DNA from: Macrostomum hystrix
Taxonomy: Eukaryota > Animalia > Platyhelminthes
Length of the DNA stretch: 64,000 nucleotides
Direction: 5' to 3'
NCBI GenBank assembly: GCA_950097015.1
Contig: CATNEN010000039.1
Location: 19,220,001 to 19,284,000 of the forward strand
In this document: piece after piece, positions 13,785 to 26,265 of the stretch
Numbering within the stretch: position 1 is the first letter of the stretch
Layout: each line of letters begins with the position of its first letter
The notes under the pieces: generated by a model
Told to the model about the DNA's origin: nothing
Database searches by the model: none
The model's input: the letters and a program-made list of their open reading frames with translations, nothing else
Program-made: the position numbers and the translations under genes

Positions 13785-16602
13785 ATGTCAATCAATTTGC
13801 CCTTCCATTCCGATGTGCTGACCCAGCCAATGAGTCAGGCAATGAGTCACTCCATGACCCAGTCCATGGCTATGTCAATGCAGCTGCCACTGCGGCAGCC
13901 AATCGATCCTAGCGTGGCCGGCACATCAGCTTCAACCTCGGCGATGATTAACGCTTCGACATCGTCCGGCAGCAGCAAGCGAGACTCAGGCCGAATGCCT
14001 GAGGAATGCCAGGTGTGCGGCACGGGGGCCAATGTGCGCAAAAACTTTGGCGTGCCCAGCTGCGTCAGCTGTCGCATTTTCTACAGCCGCAACACTGGCA
14101 AGGTGAGATTGTACAGTGGAACTCTTTTATAAGCAGAGTCTGCAACAAATGTTGTTTTGTATTATAAAATTAACTAGTGACACCTATTTTGAAACACTTG
14201 AAACAATTTGCAGCAACTGATCTGCTATCAGAATGGCAATTGTCGCATTGTGGGACCCTCGCGTAAATCTTGCGCCTCCTGCCGGTTTAACAAATGCGTC
14301 CTGGCCGGCATGCAGAAGAGCCGCGAGAGAAAGTACAAATATAAGAAGAACAGCAGCCCTGCTAGTGAGTCGGATCTAGCACCTGGAGTGGGATCTAGCA
14401 CCTGGAGTGGGATCTAGCACCTGGAGTGGGATCTAGCACCTGGAGTGGGATCTAGCACCTGGAGTGGGATCTAGCACCTGGAGTGGGATCTAGCACCTGG
14501 AGTGGGATCTAGCACCTGGAGTGGGATCTAGCACCTGGAGTGGGATCTAGCACCTGGAGTGGGATCTAGCACCTGGAGTGGGATCTAGCACCTGGAGTGG
14601 CATCTAGCACCTGGAGTGGGATCTAGCACCTGGAGTGGGATCTAGCACCTGGAGTGGGATCTAGCTGGAATGGGATCTAGCTGGAATGAGATCTAGCACC
14701 TGGAGTGGGATCTAGCTGGAATGAGATCTAGCACCTGGAGTGGGATCTAGCTGGAATGAGATCTAGCACCTGGAGTGGGATCTAGCTGGAATGAGATCTA
14801 GCACCTGGAGTGGGATCTAGCACCTGGAGTGGGATCTAGCTGGAATGAGATCTAGCACCTGGAGTGGGATCTAGCTGGAATGGGATCTAGCTGGAATGGA
14901 ATCTAGCTGGAATGGGATCTAGCTGGAATGGGATCTAGCTGGAATGGGATCTAGCTGGAATGGGATCTAGCTGGAATGGGATCTAGCTGGAATGGGATCT
15001 AGCTGGAATGGGATCTAGCTGGAATGGGATCTAGCTGGAATGGGATCTAGCTGGAATGGGATCTAGCTGGAATGGGATCTGAACGCGGGGCAAACAGGTG
15101 TCGAATTCATTCTCCCCAATCGACAGCCGGCAAAGCCGGATCGGCTTCCTACGGCAAGCAGCACAGGGGCCGCCAGCCAGCCCTGAGCAAGGCCTCATCG
15201 TCTACGCCCACGCAGTTCGATGAAGGCGCTTCTCGATCGCCGCCGCAGCAGCTGCATCCTGGGCTGATGCCGACGCTGCCGACGCTGCCGCCGCTGCCGA
15301 CGCTGCCGACGCTGCCACCGCTGCCAACGCTGCCGACGCTGCCGCCGCTGCCGCCGTTGATGGCTGCTGCCGTGGAAGAAGCAGCGGCTGCCGATGTAGC
15401 CGCGGCGGCGCCGCCACTCGGCCTACTGCGAGATCTGGGTGATCCGATGGTGCCGCTGATGGACAGGGACTTGTTCGTGCACTTTTACAAACTGGCCGAC
15501 ATGTTCTGCATGCCGTTTGAAGCCAATCGGGACCGCCTGACGGTGCGCGACACTAACAGCGGACTGGGCTTGCTGGAGGCTGTGACTAAGCGGACTCTGT
15601 CCATCATTCGCTTCCTGCCCTACTTTGGCGACCTGGATAAGCGCCTGGTGTCCGCTATGGTGTCGGTGAGTAGCCTGACATTTGAGTAGCTAGCCTGTTG
15701 AGTAGCTAGCCTGTTGAGTAGCTAGCCTGTTGAGTAGCTAGCCTGTTGAGTAGCTAGCCTGTTGAGTAGCTAGCCTGTTGAGTAGCTAGCCTGTTGAGTA
15801 GCTAGCCTGTTGAGTAGCTAGCCTGTTGAGTAGCTAGCCTGTTGAGTATTACCAAGCCTTTTTGAGATGAGGCCCGGGAGAGATGAGACAGGAGTGAGGT
15901 GAGACAGGGGGAGATGATACAGGAGGTAGGTCAGGGAGATGAGACAGAGTAGAGTCCTAGACAGTTCTAGCTAGCAGTCGTCAAAGAAGTTGGCGTCCAA
16001 CATTAAAAGCCGACACGAACTCCGCCCTGCAGGAGAAGATCAGCGGCTTGATCACAATTCTGCGTACCATGCACTACCACTCGGCCACGGGCATCATGAC
16101 GATCCGCTGCGCGCCGCAGCACCAGGACTCTTACAATGGGTCAATCGGCTTCAATTCGCCGGCGATGATACCTCGCGAGTCGGCCGACTGCCTGCAGCAG
16201 CCGCTGATAGAAATCATCAACAATCTCTTCGGCGACCTCACCAAGGGCGAGAGTCCGCTAATTACTGACGCTGAGGTGGCCACGGTGTACCTGGCTGCTG
16301 CTCGACTGTACGAGCAGTGCCACGGCCTGTTCCGCGATCGCATCAACATTGGCGTGGTGCTACTGCTGGGCATGTACCTGTTCCTGCCCGACTTCAAGAG
16401 TGTCCAGACAGATGAGAGACAGCTGCGCGGCTTCCAGAGTCTCTACCTGCGCTGCCTGCAGGATCTGTTGAAGGCGCTCGGCAGAGACGCAGCCGACGCC
16501 ATGGACATGTACAACAGGATCCTGTTCCTGCTGACTGAGGTCAAGAATGTCGACTTTTATCTGTCGCTGCTGTCTCGCCACGTGCGAATGCAGCCCAGCT
16601 GA
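13785..16602 (+). CDS. Divergent nuclear hormone receptor (C4 zinc-finger DBD plus probable LBD), about 525 aa, 4 exons
   Basis: Exons 13785-14102, 14214-14364, 15127-15665, 16033-16602; GT-AG and phase-compatible (0/1/0). DBD CQVC..CVSCRIFYSR..C-X5-C-X9-CASCRFNKCVLAGM; helical C-terminal region. Confidence 0.88.
14375..15080. repeat. Intronic minisatellite: 19-bp ATCTAGCACCTGGAGTGGG grading to 16-bp ATCTAGCTGGAATGGG
   Basis: Fills nuclear receptor intron 2, starting about 10 nt after the donor. Confidence 0.95.
15682..15848. repeat. 16-bp intronic minisatellite (TTGAGTAGCTAGCCTG)
   Basis: About 10 copies just after the intron 3 donor GTGAGTAGCCTG. Confidence 0.95.
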
Positions 16603-16984
16603 ATGGCCAGACACGAAGCATTCCAAGACCGATTAACCACGATAATCCCATCCCGCAAGATTAAACCGTTTGTTGCCGTAGTTAAGAGAGTTTAGTTTTT
16701 TGAACTTGAGTCATAAATATAGGTGATTGTAAATCCGAAGTAATCCAACAGGTGTGGAGGAAGAATAGGTTCTTTTTCATTTTCTCTGTTTTTTCCCTTG
16801 TTTGTTGCTTCTTGTAGAAAACTATAATCATCTTTGTTCTATAGCTCGTAGAGGCTGTTATCGTCTGTTTGAAACTGCGTCACTGTTAAAATATCGCTGG
16901 CTAAATATTTATGATTTTCTTATGAAAGCAATGTGTTGTTTTACTATGAACCAATCAATATGTTGAATATGTTGTTGTATAGAC

Positions 16985-17517
16985 CAGGGGTCGGCAAACT
17001 CCATCCCGCGGGCCAGATGCAGCCTTCGAAGCTCCCAAATCCGGCCCGTTGCCCCTCATCCCTCCCGTGTCTCATCTCTCCCGTGTCTCATCTCTCCCCT
17101 GTCTCATCTCTCCCGTGTCTCATCTCTCCCGTCTCATCTCTCCCGTGTCTCATCTCTCCCCTGTCTAATCTCTCTCCTGTCTTATCTCTCCCCTGTCTCA
17201 TCTCCCCCGTGTCTCATCCCTCCCATGTCTCATCTCTCCCGTGTCTCATCTCTCCCGTGTCTCATCTCTCCCGTCTCATCTCTCCCGTGTCTCATCTCTC
17301 CCCTGTCTAATCTCTCCCCTGTCTTATATCTACCCTGTCTCATCTCCCCCGTGTCTCATCTCTCCCCTGTCTAATCTCTCCCCTGTCTAATCTCCCCCGT
17401 CTAATCTCCCCCGTGTCTCATCTCTGCCGTGTCTCATATTTCTACAGTCAATGCTGCTCGCTGTTGTCTTTTAGGTTCCTTCTGTGGCCCGCTAGCTAAT
17501 AAGTTTTCCGACCCCTG
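16985..17517. mobile_element. Non-autonomous hAT (Charlie-like) DNA transposon with internal GTGTCTCATCTCTCCC repeats
   Basis: TIRs CAGGGGTCGGCAAACT / AGTTTTCCGACCCCTG; degenerate 8-bp flanks GTATAGAC/CTTTAGAT; related partial copy at about 37350-37510. Confidence 0.75.
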
Positions 17518-18009
17518 CTTTAGATAATTAAAGCCACTTTTCAAACCAAGTTTGAACTTTTTAAAGTGCAGATTTCTTTCTGTAAAATTCCTCGTTTTTT
17601 CTCCTTAGCCAGTAAAGGATTTATTTTCTTTTCTGTTTCCTCTCTCAATCAGAGTTTTTTAATGTTGCAAGGTGTTTGTGAGATGCATAACCATAATCCT
17701 ACTCATACAGCGAACTATTTACATTGCCGCTACATGTGCCGTCTGTTGTCTGTCTGCATTCCTAGATATTCTATGTTACTGGATCTCCTACCTGTAGGGA
17801 TTTCCGGCACTAAAACTTAATTTATTGTTCGATTTTCTGCAAAAATTCTCATTTTTAAAGCAAGAATCTTGTGTGCTTTCTGTCCACCTGAACTAGCCTA
17901 GCTGTGTGAGCACACGTCCTGTCAAAAAAATACTAGCGCTCTTGCCAGCTGAAATCATCGCCGAACAGTGCTTTACACTTGGTTCTTTGACTAATCAACT
18001 GCGTGTACC

Positions 18010-18425
18010 CTGCGCTCTCCCACCTGAGTTTGCGCTCTCTCCTACCTGAGTCTGCGCTCTCCCACCCTGAGTCTGCGCTCTCCCACCTGAGTCTGCGCTC
18101 CCCCCACCCTGAGTCTGCGCTCTCTCCCACCTGAGTCTGCGCTCTCCCGACCCTGAGTCTGCGCTCTCTCCTGACCCTGAGTCTGCGCTCTCTCCCACCT
18201 GAGTCTGCGCTCTCTCCCACCTGAGTCTGCGCTCTCTCCCACCCTTAGTCTGCGCTCTCTCCCACCCTGAGTCTGCGCTCCCCCCACCCTGAGTCTGCGC
18301 TCTCTCCCACCTGAGTCTGCGCTCTCCCGACCCTGAGTCTGCGCTCTCTCCTGACCCTGAGTCTGCGCTCTCTCCCACCTGAGTCTGCGCTCTCTCCCAC
18401 TCTGAGTTTGCGCTCTCTCCCACCC
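18010..18425. repeat. Minisatellite of about 22 bp (CTGAGTCTGCGCTCTCTCCCAC)
   Basis: Directly visible. Confidence 0.93.
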
Positions 18426-18714
18426 TCCCCTCTCAAAGCCTGTCTTATTCTCCCATCTAGTGATGCTCCGAAATTTCGATTTTGAAATCACTTCCGAAGT
18501 GAGAATTGAGAACATTTTAGTTCCGAAATGTCTTCGCAATCAGGCTTTAATTAATGGCAATTCGCTAGCTTTCAGAATCAAATTTTGAAAGCATTTATTT
18601 GGAATATCCTAGTTTATAAACTTCATCTTACTCGTGATTGGTCTGTTACAGCTCGCACAAGGTGCGGCTTGAATAGACAATTACCTACTACTTTGATTTG
18701 TGAATTTGATTCTC

Positions 18715-19073
18715 CCAGCAGTTCGTCTAGATAAAGGTAGGTGAGGTGACCACCGAAGACGGAGATGATGCAGGCACATTCGGGTGACATGCTCATAAAT
18801 TTTGAAGGCCTGGCAAGGCCGCACTGAGGCGCAGTGCTAATTCCTGTATACCCGGTGCATGAAATACACTAGAGCTTATGGGAAAACTCGGACCTTCGGC
18901 CAGAATCATTGAGTATCTCGATGGTCTGAAGAGCTGGCGACTTGATTCTTGTTTCAGAAGATGCGCAACTAACAGTTGGCCCGTGTTCTTGAATTTCGTG
19001 TGCTTGCGTTGCTCCGTTCGGGTGCAGCACAAGCAATTGTCAGGGAGGAAATGCCCCCTTGGTAGTTCTACTG
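18715..19073 (+). mobile_element. Truncated copy of the TTAA-flanked MITE family
   Basis: Closely similar to 40365-40718, including the right TIR CTTGGTAGTTCTACTG. Confidence 0.8.
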
Positions 19074-19737
19074 TTTCTTTTCAAATAATAATAATCAACG
19101 GAAGAAGTGACCCTGAAGCAATCAGTTTTGCACACCCAAGAACACAAAAGCGATTTGGCAGAAAATCAACGATAAATATAAACATTTATAATGTCAGAAT
19201 AATTATTTTATGCATGCGTATGTACAGGCTCCAATAATCTAAACAGCAAACAATTTGACAGCAAACTTGAGTACATAAAAACAAATCCGACCATAGAAAC
19301 TTCCGGTGTTATCTTCTGTGCTAAAAATAACGACGTTTCAATTAAACAAGAATTTCAAGCAGAGAATTTGCCGCCAACCAAAATTACATAAGCTGAATTT
19401 AATGATAATAAATGATTAAACATAACCACAATTTGTTCGCTTAGTCAAATCTTGGAATGAAACGATTTTAAGATTCGCTAACAAACACAAGCGAATGTGA
19501 TGACACCTGTTCTGGGGTTGTCAATAAAAAATTGCAAATCATTTCAAATCACAAAAATACACGTCACCCAAGTGGACTAGGAAAATCTAACCTAATATTT
19601 AGACAAAATAAACTAATTATCTGTTGTAATAGCACAAAATTGCAACTAAAAATTAGGCTATTTTGTAACCTGGGGAAAAATTTCAAAACCAAACTAAATC
19701 TAAATTTGATAGAAATTTTTAGAAGTCTTGAAACTTC

Positions 19738-20193
19738 ACAGGTGATGCCAGTGTCTAACAGGGAGTCCTTACTGTAACAGGTGTGATGCCAGTGTCTAAC
19801 AGGGAGTCCTTACTGTAACAGGTGTGATGCCAGTGTCTAACAGGGAGTCCTTACTGTAACAGGTGTGATGCCAGTGTCTAACAGGGAGTCCTTACTGTAA
19901 CAGGTGTGATGCCAGTGTCTAACAGGGAGTCCTTACTGTAACAGGTGTGATGCCAGTGTCTAACAGGGAGTCCTTACTGTAACAGGTGTGATGCCAGTTT
20001 CTAACAGGGAGTCCTTACTGTAACAGGTGTGATGCCAGTGTCTAACAGGGAGTCCTTACTGTAACAGGTGTGATGCCAGTGTCTAACAGGGAGTCCTTAC
20101 TGTAACAGGTGTGATGCCAGTGTCTAACAGGGAGTCCTTACTGTAACAGGTGTGATGCCAGTGTCTAACAGGGAGTCCTTACTGTAACAGGTG
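19738..20193. repeat. 41-bp minisatellite just downstream of the TRIP11 stop codon
   Basis: AGGTGTGATGCCAGTGTCTAACAGGGAGTCCTTACTGTAAC, about 11 near-perfect copies. Confidence 0.96.
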
Positions 20194-20244
20194 CTATTAG
20201 GAAACAGTAGAACAGGTGCTAGGCAGTTAGAAAGGCCCAGGCAG

Positions 20245-23200
20245 CTAAGGCAGGCTGAGGCTAAGCAGCTGGATTGGCACAGAGTGCGGCTGCGTTGACG
20301 CTGACTGTGGCAGCTGCTGGTCTTGGAAGACACCGGACGGAGAGCGGGATCGGGACCTGGCAGCCGCAGCCGCAGTCTCAGCAGCGTCGGGCAGCGGCAA
20401 GGGCAGAACTTTTTTTGGCGCCGATTCGCGCTGCAAAAATTTCACAAACTCTTCGCCAAGCGACTTTTTGGCGGCTGCGGCTGCGGAATCTGCGCCAGGG
20501 GCCGACGTGGAAGCTGAAGCCAGATCGGCGTCGGTGACTCCCAGACAGTGCGCCATGACCTGGAGAGCCTCCATGCGCTTTGAAGGCGGAGCGTGCACGC
20601 AGGCCAGCACTAGGCTGCGAATCAGCGGCTTCTCGACGCTGCCAGACTTCAAGGCGCGAATCTCATTGGCCGCCGCGGCTGCATCAGCCCTCGCGGCGGC
20701 GACCTCTTCGAGCAGTTTGGCCCGCTCGTCGTCGCGCGTATCGGCGGCAGCCGCCAGACGACCTGCGGCGGCGACAGCTTCGGAGGCTTCGGCTAGCTGG
20801 GCCCGACAGTCGGCCAGTTCGCGGGCCAGGCGCTGCCGCTCAGTGTCGGCCCTGGCGATCCGGTCGCGGTACGCGCGAATCTCGTCAGCGGAAGCCGCGC
20901 CGCCGCCAACACCGCCGACACCGATGGAGAGACCTGTCGACGCCGTCGACGATGACAAGGAAGCCGGGTGCTGGAATTTTTCTAGCACCATCTGCAGGTT
21001 GGCGGCTGATCTACGGCTGTCGTCGAGCTCCCGGGCCAGAGACTGCGGAGCAGTGCGGATCGGTGGGGAGAGTGCGGCGAAGGTGACAGGTTGGACAGGC
21101 CATGCTGTCAAATACTGGGGAATTTTCTGTTTGAAAAGTGAAGAGGGAAAAAGGAAGAAGGAAGAGGGAAGAGGGAAGAAGAAAGAAGGCAGATGGAAGA
21201 GGGAAGAGGGAATAAGGAAGAAGGAAGAGGGAAGAAGGAAGAGGGAAGAAGGAAGAGGGAAGAAGGAAGAGGGAAGAGGGAAGAAGGAAGAGGGAAGAAG
21301 GAAGAGGGAAGAAGGAAATGGGAAGAAGGAAGAGGGAAGAGGGAAGAAGGAAGAGGGAAGAAGGAAGAGGGAAGAAGGAAGAGGGAAGAAGGAAGAGGGA
21401 AGAGGGAAGAAGGAAGAGGGAAGAGGGAAGAAGGAAGAGGGAAGAGGGAAGAAGGAAGAGGGAAGAAGGAAGAGGGAAGTGGGAAGAAGAAAGAAGGCAG
21501 ATGGAAGAGGGAAGAGGAAAGCGTGAAGAACGAAAACAGAAGAGGGAAGAAAGGAAAATAGAAGGAAGAGTGAAAAGAGGAGCGGAAGAGTGTTCAGGGA
21601 AGAGGGAAAAGGAGGATGAGGGAGGAGAAAAGTAGAACAGGAGGAGGAAGAATAGATGGTGAATAGAAAATCAGAATTAAAAGATATAAAACGTAAAGCA
21701 GCCGCAAACTGGCATTTAACCATGCAAGCTAAAATGATTGCTTCTAGTTTCGACTGACCTTAACCTGAGCAAGGGCCCTGTCACGCTCGGTTCTGACAGC
21801 GTCCAGGTACATCTGCAGAGTGTGCACCTGCTGGCCGCTTGAGTCGGCGCTGCCAGCCGTGGCCTCCAGCTGCTGCAGCCTGACGCGCAGATCCTGCTGA
21901 CTTGATTCAGCAGCCAGGAGCTCTGCAGTGTAGCTCTCTTCAACTTCGACTAGGTGACGTCGAAGGCGTTCGACCTCTTGACGGAGTCGTTCAGCAGAGC
22001 CGGCGTCATTGTTGGAGTCCTTCTGCTGCTGCTGCTGCTGCTGCTGTTGTTGTTTCTGCAGTTGCTGGCGCAGATCGCCAAGCTCGGCCTGCAGGCTGGC
22101 TACTTCAACGGCCCGCTGTTGCAGCTGGTTCCGCTGGGAGGCCTTCTCGGCTTCGGCCTCGCGCATCAGCGTCTTCAACTGCGCGGATTCGGCGCGCAGC
22201 AATTCGGCTCGTTCTGCGGCTTCAGCAAGGCCGCTCTGCTGATGCAAGCGAGCCTCCAGCTCCAACAAGCGCTGCCTGAGCTGGCCATTCTGCTGATAGG
22301 CCACAGTGTAATTTTGCACCAGTGTCTGGTACTGGGCACGCAGCTCCTGCTGCTGTTTGTCAGACTGGGCAGTGAGCTCGGCCTCGCGCTCCTGCAGGCT
22401 TAACTGCTGAGTTTTCAGTTCAAGAATCTGCTGCTCTCTAGCCGCTAGTAGACGACTGAGCTCGGTTGACTCAGCTGACTCTTTGCCTGTTTCAGACTGG
22501 CGCAGTGCAAGGATTTCGGAGTCCTTTTCTCCGAGTTGGTTGGTCAGCGAGTCGATTTGCAGCTTCAATGCTTCTACAGTCCGGACTTCCGATGCTCTTG
22601 CATCTGCCAGCTCTCGAGTCTGCTGCTCAATCTGCTTTTGCAGATGTGAGATGGCTTCTGCTTCCGCTTGACTAGTGGCGGCATTTTGGTACTGGCGAAG
22701 GGCGCAAATTTCTGCCTCTTTGTTCGTGAGTTGCTCGGTCAGCAGGCGCTGAGCCTCAACTGCTAGGTCTCTCGCCTCGCGCAGATCTGCCAGCTCTTCA
22801 GTCTGCTGCTCAATCTGCTTCTGGAGATGCGAGACAGTCTCTTCGATGGCGGCCTGCGACTGTTGCAACGCTGACACCTCTGCGTCTCTTTCAGCCAGTT
22901 GCATTGTTAGCGACCTTTGTGACTCGGCAGCCTGGTCACTTGAAGCACGCAATTCTTCCAAATCCCTAGTCTGCTGCTCAATCTGCTTTTGCAGGCGAGA
23001 GACTGTTTCTGCTTCAGCCTGGCTAGTGGCACTTTGCAACTGGTGCAATGCCAAAAGTTCAGCTTCTTTGTCAGCAAATTGTTTGCTAAACAACCCCTGA
23101 GATTCTGCTGCGTTTTGTCTCCACAAGCGCAGCTCATTAAGCTCCAGAGTTTGCTGCTCAATCTGCTTCTGTAGACGGCTGGTTGCTTCTGATTCCGCTT

Positions 23201-24408
23201 GACCGGCGGCACTATGCGATTGCCGCAATGCCGAAATCTCACTGTCCTTCTCGGCGAGTTGCATTGCCAGCAACCTATGGGACTCGGCTGCCTGATCTCT
23301 GAACTGCAGAAGCTCCTGCAACTCTTTAGTCTGCAGCTTTAACCGCCTCTCGGAATCAGTTTGCGATTGACGAAGTGTCGAAATCTCCTCTTCTTTGTCG
23401 GAAATCTGTTTGGTGAGTACAACTCGATACTCACCAGATTCTTCTTTGAACTTTCTAAGCTGCTCAAGCTCATCAGTTTGCTGCTCAATCTGCTTCTGGA
23501 GACTGGCTATAGCCTCATTAATATCTGATTGACTTGCTTCACTTTGCGATTGTCGCATTGATGACAAAATCTCCGCATCCTTATAATTGAGCTGTTCTGT
23601 TAAAGCATCGATTTGCTGACGAAGAGCGGCTAGCTGGTCATTCAGATCGGATATCATTGTGTCCTTGCCAGCCAGCTGACTGTCGGCTTCTTCCAGTTTG
23701 TCTTGAAAGGATTCAACGCGCCGGAGCAGCTCGGAGACTTTCGCAGAGGCTTCTAATCTGAGGCTTCGCTCTTCATCAATCTGGGCTTCAAAGTTGGCAC
23801 AGCCAGAGGATTTCAACTCTTCCAGACTTGCCAGCGCGGAATCGTGAGCCTCCTGAAGTTCTTGACAACGAGCCGCCAGCTGCTGTCGAGACAGACTTTC
23901 CGCGCCTAGCTGCTCGGCTGTGGCAGCCAACTCGGCCTCGGCGCGTTCCAATCGTTCCTCCAGCTGCTTGGCCTCCTTAACTGCGGTTCTTAGCGACTCG
24001 CACAGTCGAGCCTCCCGCTCGGCAGCCAGCACGGCTTGCTCAACGCTTCGCCTGAGCTGGTCGCGCAGCTGACGCGCCTCGGCGCCTGCAGCGTCGGCTC
24101 GCTCTTTCAGTGGCGTCAGAGCCGACTCCAGGCTTTCAGTCATCTGGGCCAGTTGGTCGCGTTCAGCGGCCAGATCAGCCGACTCGGCCACCTGGCGCTG
24201 CAGCTGGACGCATCGAGCCCGCAGCTGTCCGGCCTCCAGCTCCGAGCGCATCAGCCTGGCGGCCTCGGCAGATTTCTGCTCCAACTGGCGCTGACAGTCG
24301 CGCAGCAGAGTCTGGGCCGACTGCAGTTGGCTTTGCAGCTGGCGCCGCTCGGATTGCAGCTCGGCAAGTTTTTGATGCTCGGCTTCATCGTTGGGCGAAT
24401 TCGAAGCT

Positions 24409-24441
<33 letters not shown>

Positions 24442-24773
24442 GGCGGCTGCTTTTTAACAGACGCTCTCTGACTGAATAAAGCCTGTACGCGAGACAGAGG
24501 ACTGCCGCCGCCGGTATTGATGCCGGCATCGGAACTGACGGCCGTCGGGCCGGCGCCGTGCAAGAAGCTGGACTCCAGCGATTCAACAGCGCCATTCAAA
24601 TCCGCCAGCTGATCTTCCAGCGCCTTTGATGTAGCCGCCGACACGGCTGATAGATTGGATTTTATGGAACCACAGCCGCCGTTGCCTCCGCCATTCTCAG
24701 ACAATTTCTGCTGGGGAGACAGCGGCAGCTGGTGCAGCTGCTGCTGTTGCTGCAACTCACTGCTGTCCGACAT
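20245..24773 (-). CDS. TRIP11: Golgin GMAP-210/TRIP11 homolog (coiled coil plus C-terminal GRAB domain), about 1270 aa, 2 exons
   Basis: Exons 24773-21759 and 21042-20245 (phase 0). Motifs EVERLRRHLVEVEESYTAELLAAE, ANLQMVLEKFQ, VEKPLIRSL..KRMEALQVMAHCLGV and SLGEEFVKFLQRES match the TRIP11 C-terminus as I recall it. Confidence 0.85.
21138..21530. repeat. Polypurine (GAAGAGGGAAGAAG-type) tract in the TRIP11 intron
   Basis: Nearly pure G/A on + for about 390 bp. Confidence 0.92.
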
Positions 24774-24987
24774 CTTGGCCGGTGAAGCTAGAGTCAGATG
24801 TCATGGCCAAGCGTATTGTAGCGGATCGCGCAGTCTAGATATATCGCCTGAATGATGTTGCACTGCGCTGTGGGATTATGGATTAAGGAAGTCAACACTC
24901 AGAGCCAGAGATTGGGAATCCGGAATAAATCGGTATTTGGGATCTAGACTAGAATAGACTAGACTAGAGCAAAGATTTTTTTTTGAG

Positions 24988-25365
24988 AATTCTAGAATAA
25001 GGAACAAGGATTTGGGATTTAGGAAGTCTAGAATAAGGAACTAGGATTTGGGAATCTAGAATAAGGAACTAGGATTTGGGAATTCTAGAATAAGGAACTA
25101 GGATTTGGGAATTCTAGAATAAGGACCTAGGATTAGGGATTTCTAGAATAAGGAACTTGGATTTAAGATTTAGGAAGTCTAGAATAAGGAACTAGGATTT
25201 GGGATTTAGGAAGTCTAGAATAAGGAACTAGGATTTAGGAAGTCTAGAATAAGGAACTAGGATTTAGGAAGTCTAGAATAAGGAACTAGGATTTAGGAAG
25301 TCTAGAATAAGGAACTAGGATTTGGGAATTCTAGAATAAGGAACTAGGATTTGGGAATCTAGAAT
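24988..25365. repeat. Minisatellite of about 29 bp (CTAGAATAAGGAACTAGGATTTGGGAATT)
   Basis: Directly visible, upstream of TRIP11. Confidence 0.9.
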
Positions 25366-26019
25366 ATTGTTATTAGGCAGTTAGATTTATTGAACATTAG
25401 TTTTCAGCCAATCTAGATAGACTGCTGATTTACAAGTTAGAAAGAATGTTCATTAGACACACTGGAATTGGGATATTAGGTCTAGCAACAACATTCCTTT
25501 GGAGTGCAAGAATTCAACATGAAAGCTAGTACCGACACGGTTGTAAAATAGCATTCTCAGATTTGTCTTTTTTAGAAGAAACGTTAATTGCAATCGATAG
25601 TCGCTCAACAATGCAAGGCGGCAAGCTCGTATAACTGACTTAAAGTAGCAGCTAGTTTTTTGTAATTGTTTTTTAAACAGCAAATCACATGCTTCAATGA
25701 ATCTCTGAAGCATGCAGCTAAGCTAAGGAAACTGAATGTTTTTAAATCCGAAAAAGCAGATTTGGCTTTTCTACACAGCCTTTTATCGTCAGAAACTAGT
25801 GCAGGAAGAATCCCATTGAAAATTTTATGTCACGAACGACTGGAACAAAACTGAAAACTTATTCGCTTTTACAACCGAGAAACTTTTGGAGAGAAGAAAA
25901 CAGCAGTTTAAAACTATTTGGAGTTAGTTTTAGTTCAAACCATTGCAACGCCATTTTAGGAGATGTGGAAAGCTTGTGACGAGAGAAAGTTGGCTTACAA
26001 GGGAAGCTAGTCTTGAAGA

Positions 26020-26265
26020 GGAGCTGGAGATAAGGGGAAGCTGGCGATGAGCGGAAGCTGGCAATGAGGGGACGCTGGCGATGAGGGGAAGCTGGCGATG
26101 AGGGGAAGCTGGCGATGAGGGGAAGCTGGGGATGAAGGGAAAGCTGTGGATGAAGGGAAAGCTGGCGATGAAGGGAAGCTGGGGATGAAGGGAAAGCTGG
26201 GGATGAAGGGAAAGCTGGGGATGAAGGGAAAGCTGGGGATAAAGGCAAGCTGGGGATGAAGGGAA
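26020..26265. repeat. 17-18-bp minisatellite (AAGCTGGGGATGAAGGGA)
   Basis: Directly visible. Confidence 0.88.

Noticed and set aside
18878-19237. 119-aa ORF as a transposase fragment
   Set aside because: Lies in a MITE copy; the equivalent region of other copies has stops or indels; no catalytic motif recognised
20468-24479. + strand ORFs overlapping TRIP11
   Set aside because: Antisense shadows of GC-rich coiled-coil coding sequence
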